DNA of 64,000 nucleotides from an uncultured Alphaproteobacteria bacterium. GTDB taxonomy: Bacteria > Pseudomonadota > Alphaproteobacteria > Rickettsiales > UBA998. Below are positions 1 through 6,713 of the stretch, one piece after another. The notes beneath the pieces are model-generated. The model ran no database searches. It was not told the DNA's origin and saw nothing but the letters and a program-made list of their open reading frames with translations. The stretch's first letter is position 1, and the number at the start of each line of letters is the position of its first letter. The DNA lies in assembly GCA_963803575.1 (NCBI GenBank), contig CAWDMW010000001.1, positions 272,086-336,085 on the forward strand, written 5' to 3'. The translations under genes were made by a program, and so were the position numbers.

Positions 1-506
1 TGTGCTCCTTCAAATGGTTTGCCGTAAAAATACGTATAGGCTTCCTGTAAGTTACAGGACTTAAACTGATGCCCTCTTCCGTAAGCAATCATTCGCTCTG
101 TAGGTGGACATTGTACAATAGGTGTGGCTAGTTTCATGGTACAACACTGTTCTTTTAATAGTATTAAATCTGGTAACCCTAAATCACGACATTCTCTCAC
201 ATAAAGTGCATAATCAAATGGCATGTTATGGGCTATAACAATATCAGACTCTTCCAACATAATTTGAAATGTATACATCGCATCTTTTATAGGAATACCA
301 TGTTTAATTGCGTGTTCAGTAGTAATACCGTGAATATCTGATGCACCCTGTGGAATATTAAAACCATCAGGTTTAATAATGACATTCATACTATCCAAAA
401 CATAGCCACGATCATCAGTATATAGCGCAGCTAACTGTACAATACGTGGATCATGTCCATTGTTGGGTAGTCCTGTTGTTTCCGTATCAAAAAATAGGTA
501 GTTCAT
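1..506 (-). CDS. DEDDh 3'-5' exonuclease (DnaQ/epsilon-like), phage-type; C-terminus lies beyond the window edge
   Basis: Own reverse-strand translation from the ATG at 506-504 gives MNYLFFDTETTGLP...DIHGIT...IVIAHNMPFDYALY. Exo I (DTE) and Exo II (HNxxFD) motifs are present. It is absent from the ORF track because it is open at the window edge. Confidence 0.8.
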   Translation of the reverse strand, partial: MNYLFFDTETTGLPNNGHDPRIVQLAALYTDDRGYVLDSMNVIIKPDGFNIPQGASDIHGITTEHAIKHGIPIKDAMYTFQIMLEESDIVIAHNMPFDYALYVRECRDLGLPDLILLKEQCCTMKLATPIVQCPPTERMIAYGRGHQFKSCNLQEAYTYFYGKPFEGA

Positions 507-513
507 AATTTTA

Positions 514-1194
514 TTATCTCAGGCTCACAGATTCTTCTTGGTAGAACTCAACACCGGGAATGTTTTTTATTCCCGCACGAAACAGTGCCATGATTGCAGA
601 TTCTTTTACCTGTACCGTGTCTGGGTAAGCCTTAGCCAGTGCAGATAAGTCTATGATGCGAGGCTTCCATTTCTTCTGTATAGAGGCTTTAGCATTAGTG
701 ATCACTCCTGTCACAGCAGGGGCAGCAGCAGGTTTAACGGTTATACGTGCAGTCCTGTCTATTTGTGCTTCAGCTGCGATAATATCACCCGATGTTTCGC
801 GCTCTGCGGCTAATTCTAATGCCTTTGCTTCCATCTCAGCCTGACGCGCTTCGGCTTCGCGCTGGGCAATACGCTGCATTTCCTGTTTACGTTCCAGCAA
901 TCGTCTACGCAATTCATCCTGTCCACGTTTTAGTGCATCAGTGTATGGTTTGTACCGGGCATTAATGTCTTTAACAACTTTATTCAATGGGTCAACAAGA
1001 GAGCGGCGGTCTGCATCAAGTTCTTTGATCGTATCCGTTATCGTTTTTCCGATATCGATAGCGTGTGATTCGGACTGCTCATCATTGACTTTGATTAGGA
1101 AGCTTTGCTGATGAAGCTGGTTCGCACGATCAAAGAAGAAACTCTGTGAAGGAGAAGCAATAGCCACTTCCTGTTTTTCAGGTGATGTAGACAT
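514..1194 (-). CDS. phage protein, Siphovirus Gp157-like coiled coil
   Basis: 226 aa with a central E/R/A/Q-rich coiled coil. The C-terminal ending AGIKNIPGVEFYQEESVSLR resembles the Gp157-family ending (..G..vpGa.l...eslriR). Its start abuts the stop of the upstream ORF. Confidence 0.5.
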   Translation of the reverse strand: MSTSPEKQEVAIASPSQSFFFDRANQLHQQSFLIKVNDEQSESHAIDIGKTITDTIKELDADRRSLVDPLNKVVKDINARYKPYTDALKRGQDELRRRLLERKQEMQRIAQREAEARQAEMEAKALELAAERETSGDIIAAEAQIDRTARITVKPAAAPAVTGVITNAKASIQKKWKPRIIDLSALAKAYPDTVQVKESAIMALFRAGIKNIPGVEFYQEESVSLR

Positions 1195-1496
1195 TACAGA
1201 ATACTCGGCGTTAGGGGGTGAACGTTGCTGGATTTATTAACCATAATAGGCGCTCCTGCCTCAAAACGATGGATGCGGGCGACATCGTGTATAGACTCTT
1301 GAATGGCCTTAGATGCTTCCTTTTGCGAAATACAGTTATGGTGATATGCACCTATAATCGTTTTTGCGCGATACATCCCCTCAATTTGGCCAGTCACTCT
1401 AGCTAATTCCAGTTCACGCTGGCGGTTTTCTTCGATACCCATAATCAATTGCACTCCTATTAGCTCCTGATAATTGCGTTCCATGTATATAAGCAT
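1194..1496 (-). CDS. hypothetical protein of the prophage-like module
   Basis: 100-aa ORF, first gene of the leftward operon, divergent from the methyltransferase gene. No recognisable motif. Confidence 0.45.
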   Translation of the reverse strand: MLIYMERNYQELIGVQLIMGIEENRQRELELARVTGQIEGMYRAKTIIGAYHHNCISQKEASKAIQESIHDVARIHRFEAGAPIMVNKSSNVHPLTPSIL

Positions 1497-1587
1497 TTAT
1501 ATTTTCATATTGTCAACATTAAAAGTTTGCGATATGAAAACTAATTAGGCTCTTCCAGATATGGATTTAGTGAGATAGCCTACTGTA

Positions 1588-2334
1588 ATGAAAATTTTAG
1601 ATGTTTTCTCAGGCATTGGAGGGTTTGCTTTAGGGCTTGAATCCTGCGGTGGCCAGACTGTTTCATTTTGCGAAACAGACTCTTATGCGCGTAAAGTGCT
1701 GTCCAAACATTGGCCAACTGTGCCTATTGCCAGCGATATAAATACACTAAGCTATCAAAAAGGTACGTTATATGATGGAGACACCGCAATCTATAGCGGC
1801 GCAATTAACCTTGTCTGCGGAGGATTTCCCTGCCAAGATATCAGCATTGCCAACCATGCAGGCAAAGGCATCAAGGGTGTTCGCAGTGGTCTATGGAAGC
1901 AGATGTTGCGACTGGTCAGTGAAACCAGTGCTGAACTGCTTGCCGAAAATGTGGCTATGTTGCGCCATCGCGGCCTTGTCACCGTGCTGCAGGATCTCTG
2001 GCAGATCGGCTATGATGCACAATGGCATATTATACCAGCAAAAGCCGTGGGTACCCTACATCAGCGCGAAAGGCTCTTTCTCTATTCCTACCCTCGTAGC
2101 AAGCGAAGGAAAGGGGGCGTGTCGCAACCGATACAGAGGAGCGAAGAATTTTCGTGGCTCGAAGATGTCAGAGGGATTGAGGACTTGCGAGAGCGATCCT
2201 CTTTATACACACCCATGCTTTGCAGAAGCGATGATGGGATTCCCAATCGGGTGGGCAGACTTAGATGCTTAGGGAATGCAGTAGTGCCACAAGTGGTTAA
2301 GGTAATGGTGAATGGGGAAATCAAAATATGCTGA
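1588..2334 (+). CDS. DNA (cytosine-5)-methyltransferase, short orphan type
   Basis: Motifs FSGIGG (I), GFPCQD (IV), ENV (VI), QRERLF (VIII) and GNAVVPQV (X). There are about 60 aa between motif VIII and motifs IX/X. No nuclease gene is adjacent. Confidence 0.9.
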   Translation: MKILDVFSGIGGFALGLESCGGQTVSFCETDSYARKVLSKHWPTVPIASDINTLSYQKGTLYDGDTAIYSGAINLVCGGFPCQDISIANHAGKGIKGVRSGLWKQMLRLVSETSAELLAENVAMLRHRGLVTVLQDLWQIGYDAQWHIIPAKAVGTLHQRERLFLYSYPRSKRRKGGVSQPIQRSEEFSWLEDVRGIEDLRERSSLYTPMLCRSDDGIPNRVGRLRCLGNAVVPQVVKVMVNGEIKIC

Positions 2335-2518
2335 TTATACTAATAATCAAAGCCAAGCTTCCAGCTAAGGCACCTGTAAAAGCACATAATCTCATAAATG
2401 AATCGTTAGTTCCGTCGATATAAAGCCAATAAACTATTTTCAAAAATGCCCAAAAAATTGTTATAATATGCCATACGCCCATGCCGGCAAGCCAGTACAT
2501 CCAGAATGATTCACACAT
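2321..2518 (-). CDS. small hydrophobic protein (about 2 TM segments)
   Basis: 65 aa and Trp/Ile/Leu-rich. Last gene of the repressor operon. Its 3' end overlaps the methyltransferase stop by 14 nt, convergently. Confidence 0.4.
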   Translation of the reverse strand: MCESFWMYWLAGMGVWHIITIFWAFLKIVYWLYIDGTNDSFMRLCAFTGALAGSLALIISIISIF

Positions 2519-2523
2519 AACGG

Positions 2524-3036
2524 TTACCTAAATAAATCCCTCACATTACTAACCGCAACACCTTTTTCTTCCGCCATCCATTCAGCTACTGGTCGCCACT
2601 CAACACCTTGCCCTATATCGTGTATCTCAGGGAAACGCTTTAACGCTTCTTGCTTAACCAGCCTTCTTTCAACAGGTTCCAAATCACGCCATTGCTTCAT
2701 GTTTCCTTTGTCGTGATAAACACTCACATGGCTTGATGCTGTGATAAGCGTAGCACCTGAAGCATTGCCTATAGAAATTTGTGGCACAGATTGCCCGATC
2801 AGAAAGCCTGCACATAGACAAACTACACTCGCTAAAGCAGCAACACCTAAAACCCTGTTCATGGCGAAGGTGCTGGATTTCTCAGGCACAATATCCTGTT
2901 CTTTATGATGGTTAGGTTCTAATTCTGCTAACATATGTTGTAAACTTAGTTGTTCTGTAATCATGGCTTCTCCTTTTGCGGGGCAGAAGATAGCCGTATA
3001 GTCGTTACCAAAGCGTAAATGTCTGGTCTTTTTCAT
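2524..3036 (-). CDS. single-pass membrane protein, unknown function
   Basis: 170 aa with one hydrophobic segment (VLGVAALASVVCLCAGFLIG). It starts 3 nt after the repressor stop, so it is probably co-translated with it. Confidence 0.55.
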   Translation of the reverse strand: MKKTRHLRFGNDYTAIFCPAKGEAMITEQLSLQHMLAELEPNHHKEQDIVPEKSSTFAMNRVLGVAALASVVCLCAGFLIGQSVPQISIGNASGATLITASSHVSVYHDKGNMKQWRDLEPVERRLVKQEALKRFPEIHDIGQGVEWRPVAEWMAEEKGVAVSNVRDLFR

Positions 3037-3038
3037 AA

Positions 3039-3485
3039 TCAGTGCAAAACCCTGTCCATCACCATTTTCATGGTAGCGTTCCCTATGAACATTTGTTGCT
3101 GCTGTTGTTTCTGTTCTTCCGCTATTTCATAAAGAAGCATGCAAAACCTAGATACATAGGAGGGTGTAACGTTCTTTTGCATTGTTCGTGGAAGAGTCCC
3201 GAGAAACGTCAACCCTGTTTCAATGACGTATACCACAAGATCTTTATCAAGTTTTTTAGATTCAAGTTCTTCATTTTCATTCGTTCCACAACCAAGCAGT
3301 CGAGCGGGGGAGCAATTGAACGCACGGCAAAATACGATAATGTGCTCATGCATCAACTGTCTCTTCCCTGTTTCAAATTTGGAAATTTCTCCTTTCGCAA
3401 TACCTGTCATCTCCTCAAGCTGCTGGCCTGTAAGGCCTGCATCAGTGCGTAATATCCTTAGGTTGTTAGAGGGTGTTTTTTTCAT
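3039..3485 (-). CDS. XRE/CI-like HTH repressor
   Basis: N-terminal HTH LTGQQLEEMTGIAKGEISKFETGKR. Divergent from a second HTH gene across a 50-bp gap. The C-terminal half is not an S24 peptidase. Confidence 0.8.
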   Translation of the reverse strand: MKKTPSNNLRILRTDAGLTGQQLEEMTGIAKGEISKFETGKRQLMHEHIIVFCRAFNCSPARLLGCGTNENEELESKKLDKDLVVYVIETGLTFLGTLPRTMQKNVTPSYVSRFCMLLYEIAEEQKQQQQQMFIGNATMKMVMDRVLH

Positions 3486-3501
3486 ATCGAAAATATTTTA
3501 C

Positions 3502-3529
3502 TTGACTATGTTTTCAATATGCATACATT
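3502..3529 (+). promoter_or_regulatory. candidate sigma70 promoter for the cro-like gene
   Basis: TTGACT, 16 nt, TACATT. The -10 element ends 6 nt before ATG 3536 and no SD is visible, suggesting a leaderless or near-leaderless mRNA. Confidence 0.3.
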
Positions 3530-3535
3530 TGAGAT

Positions 3536-3799
3536 ATGAATTTCAAACATTACATAGAGCGTCATAATCTGAAACATTCAGAGGTCGCACAAAAACTGGG
3601 AATAGACCGATCCACATTGCATAATGTGCTGTCTGGACGGCGAAACCCTGGAGATGGATTGAAGCTGAGAATTTTTCATTTTACTAACGGTGAAGTTCCT
3701 GTTTCTGTTTGGTTTAACTACTCTTTGCACGAGGCGAAATGTAGTCAATCTGAAAACAGCAGTCAAGAGAAAACCGCCCCAACAGCAGGAATTGCATAA
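3536..3799 (+). CDS. Cro-like HTH regulator
   Basis: 87 aa with HTH HSEVAQKLGIDRSTLHNVLSGRR. Divergent partner of the CI-like gene. Confidence 0.65.
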   Translation: MNFKHYIERHNLKHSEVAQKLGIDRSTLHNVLSGRRNPGDGLKLRIFHFTNGEVPVSVWFNYSLHEAKCSQSENSSQEKTAPTAGIA

Positions 3800-3862
3800 G
3801 CGTTGTTTTCGATAAGAAAACAAGATGTACCAGCATATTGCTTTAAAGGAGATACCCAAAGC

Positions 3863-4087
3863 ATGACAGATAGATTCATTACAATGAAAGAAGTGTGCAA
3901 GTGTACGACATTTACCGATGTATGGATACGTAAGTTGGTGAAAGATAAAAAATTTCCGGCACCTAAAAAGGTTGGGGAACGCGCTATACGCTTTCTAGAA
4001 AGCGATGTTCAGAATTGGATTCAGTCACAGCCTTATGTTGATGAGGATTCATGGCATCAAGAAGATCAGCCCACTCTTGCATCATAG
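3863..4087 (+). CDS. AlpA-family excisionase/transcriptional regulator
   Basis: In-frame ATG at 3863 preceded by AAAGGA. Sequence MTDRFITMKEVCKCTTFTDVWIRKLVKDKKFPAPKKVGERAIRFLESDVQNWI is the AlpA/MerR-type winged HTH pattern. The 5' extension in the track to 3803 is unlikely. Confidence 0.75.
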   Translation: MTDRFITMKEVCKCTTFTDVWIRKLVKDKKFPAPKKVGERAIRFLESDVQNWIQSQPYVDEDSWHQEDQPTLAS

Positions 4088-5204
4088 CACGCCTTTCATC
4101 TAAGTATTCAGCGTGATTATACTTAGCTCGCACGCCTCCGCCTTCAACATGGGCTAACTGCCTTTCTATAGCATCTGCGCGATATCCTCGTTCATTCAAT
4201 ATTGTGGATGCAGTAGCACGAAAACCGTGGCCAGTCGTTCTTCCTTTATACCCTAGCCGCTTAATAACAGTTAAAACAGAAACCTCTGAGAACGGTTGAC
4301 CATCACCCTTTATAGATGGGAACACAAATCCCTTGCCACCCGAATACGGCTTGAGCTGCTCTAATATTGCTATAGTCTGGCGAGACAAAGGTACGATGTG
4401 CTGTCGTCGCATTTTCATTCGTTCCGTATCTATACGCCATTCAGCTTTATCAATATCGAATTCATTCCATGTAGAAAAGCGCATTTCAGATGTACGTACC
4501 ATGGTAAGTAACAGGAAATATGTAGCCAGCTTTGCTACATGATATCCGCTATAGCCATTTAATTTCTTTAGAAACTCAGGTAGCTCATTTTCTTTAAGGT
4601 ATGGATTGTTCTGCACCTTATATGACTTGACTGCCTCAGTCATACGGTAGGCTGGATCCGTTTCCGTGATGCCATGGATAATCATCCATCTATACATTTT
4701 ACTGATCAAGCTGATAATAGATTTGCCAGTATATAGTGCGCCTCTATTTTCGCAGTTCTTACCAATAGTTATAATATCGCGTGGGGTAACGTCATCAACA
4801 TTCATCGATCCAATAATAGGTATTACGCTTTTATAGAAACGCTGATAAGTGCGCTTAGTGACTGCGGGTGTAAGAAGCTCTATTCGAGTTTCCATCCAGT
4901 CTTTAAAATACCGTTCGAAGGTGTGATCCTTATCTGCCCGTGCTTTGCTCTTTCGGGTAGAGGGATCAATACCATCGTCGATTAAAAGCCTGGCTTCATT
5001 GCGCTTTTTTCGGGCTTCAGATAGTTTGACCTTCGGATACACGCCTAAAGCAAGCATCTTCTCTTTGGCGCCATATCGATATTTTAGCCGCCAATACTTG
5101 CTACCATTAGGATGAACAATTAAGAGTAGTCCTTCAGAGTCATACAGCTTATATTGCTTTTCGCGTGGTTCAGCTGCCTTAATTTCTCTGTCCGTTAGCG
5201 CCAT
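3984..5204 (-). CDS. int: tyrosine integrase, P4/CP4-57-like
   Basis: 406 aa. The N-terminus LTDREIKAA...YKLYDSEGLLLIVHPNGSKYWRLKYRY is the DUF4102 arm-binding type. The catalytic region has HGFRATAST and ...LAHVEGGGVRAKYNHAEY. Confidence 0.95.
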   Translation of the reverse strand: MALTDREIKAAEPREKQYKLYDSEGLLLIVHPNGSKYWRLKYRYGAKEKMLALGVYPKVKLSEARKKRNEARLLIDDGIDPSTRKSKARADKDHTFERYFKDWMETRIELLTPAVTKRTYQRFYKSVIPIIGSMNVDDVTPRDIITIGKNCENRGALYTGKSIISLISKMYRWMIIHGITETDPAYRMTEAVKSYKVQNNPYLKENELPEFLKKLNGYSGYHVAKLATYFLLLTMVRTSEMRFSTWNEFDIDKAEWRIDTERMKMRRQHIVPLSRQTIAILEQLKPYSGGKGFVFPSIKGDGQPFSEVSVLTVIKRLGYKGRTTGHGFRATASTILNERGYRADAIERQLAHVEGGGVRAKYNHAEYLDERRAMMQEWADLLDAMNPHQHKAVTESNSEHRFLESV

Positions 5205-5373
5205 ATATACCCCTAATAATACCCCCAGAAGCGTGTTGCTTCCGCTTTAGCTTGGTTATGCTTGGTAAGGTATAAAGTTATAAAAGTCAATATGTAAGAA
5301 CCAGTCTGTTATGCTCAGCGTTAGTCAATTATGTATGGTTTAAGTTTCTCCATCCGTACCAGAGCTTAACAAA

Positions 5374-5847
5374 CTAAGCGATGGCATGTTGACGCATTTT
5401 TACAATATTTTGTTCGCAAATAATTTCTATAAGTGGCCGGTTCGTGTCAGGCATCGCCAAATCCTGCAGCTCACTTCCATATACCCACCGACACTCTTGC
5501 TTTTCCATTGGCGTAATGATCCCTTTCCAAAGAGTAATATGGTAAAGCAATAACACAATACTATCTAGTGCGGGGTATCCCATTTGATAGCGCAAATCAT
5601 CGTCAGTATTGGTAGACGGGCGAATACGCTTAGCCATAAAATTCAGTGGTGTAGGATGGAGAAAAGGCACATTAATACCAATCTCTTCGTGAAGTTCACG
5701 AATTAGGCCTTGTTCAGGCGTTTCGTCAGATTCCACCTTACCACCCGGAAATTCCCACATTCCTGCAAGATTCTTACCCTCAGGGCGTTTTTGAACAAAT
5801 ACCTGCCCGCTAGGGTTGGTAATGGCGGCAGCCGACACCAGTAACAT
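5374..5847 (-). CDS. NUDIX hydrolase (MutT-like)
   Basis: Nudix box GGKVESDETPEQGLIRELHEEIGI. Confidence 0.9.
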   Translation of the reverse strand: MLLVSAAAITNPSGQVFVQKRPEGKNLAGMWEFPGGKVESDETPEQGLIRELHEEIGINVPFLHPTPLNFMAKRIRPSTNTDDDLRYQMGYPALDSIVLLLYHITLWKGIITPMEKQECRWVYGSELQDLAMPDTNRPLIEIICEQNIVKMRQHAIA

Positions 5848-5961
5848 AACATATTCCTCAATCTGTAAATGTTTGCACGGTTATAGCATATATTTGGCGT
5901 TATAGTCATCAAAATGTCATATTCTTTTGGTATGTTGGGGTAAGATGAATACGGATAGAAT

Positions 5962-6588
5962 ATGAGCCATTTAGTAAGATCAGCATTAAAAATTACGGGA
6001 ACAGTGTTTGCTGCAGGAATTGCGCTATCACCTGTCAACGCACTCACAGATGGTCTTGGTCAATTGGCTGGACTAGATCTTAACGAGGCAGGGGAACTGG
6101 TTGGACTGGAAGCAATTCCAGAAGGTGGAAGGCGTACTGTTGCTGGTGTAATACAAGGCTTTGACGGCTTAAATGAAGCTGCTGCCGGTGCTGCTGCCGC
6201 TACCAGTAATGCTGTCGGCTTGAACAATATTGCCGGTGTCAAAGAGCTCGCCGCATCCGACTTTACCGAAAACGGGGGTATTGCGGTCAAAAGTATTGGT
6301 CATGCGGCTTCTAACATAGGCAATATTGGCTCAGGAATTGCTAATGTGGCAGAAGGAGCCGTAAAGAACCCGGGTGCTGTGGCAACCGGTGCAGGACTAA
6401 TGTTTGCTGGTGCGACGTTTGCACCTAACATGGTGAATGATGCTGCCGAGTTCAGAAAAGGAGCCACGCAAACCGTTGTAAATGTAGGACATCAAGCGGC
6501 ATCAATGGCGCAAACGACTGGCGGGCATGTAAGCAGATTGATGGAATCACGCCAGCAAACCGCAGCGGCTGTGCCGCAGAAAAGCTAG
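5962..6588 (+). CDS. Gly/Ala/Asn-rich exported or membrane-anchored protein, unknown function
   Basis: 208 aa with an N-terminal hydrophobic segment ALKITGTVFAAGIALSPVNA, followed by low-complexity G/A/N/V sequence. Confidence 0.55.
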   Translation: MSHLVRSALKITGTVFAAGIALSPVNALTDGLGQLAGLDLNEAGELVGLEAIPEGGRRTVAGVIQGFDGLNEAAAGAAAATSNAVGLNNIAGVKELAASDFTENGGIAVKSIGHAASNIGNIGSGIANVAEGAVKNPGAVATGAGLMFAGATFAPNMVNDAAEFRKGATQTVVNVGHQAASMAQTTGGHVSRLMESRQQTAAAVPQKS

Positions 6589-6713
6589 AATAAGCCAACA
6601 ACTGGCTTGGCTGAGGCCATCATGCTTTTATTATAATGGCCTATATTTAGCCTCATAAAACCTTAATCACACAACGTGTAGTAGGGCGCTTCTGATGGCA
6701 CTCTTTCCGACGT

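Noticed and set aside
1772-2272. 166-aa ORF nested in another frame of the methyltransferase gene
   Set aside because: All C5-MTase motifs are in the 1588..2334 frame. The nested frame has no features and no separate RBS.
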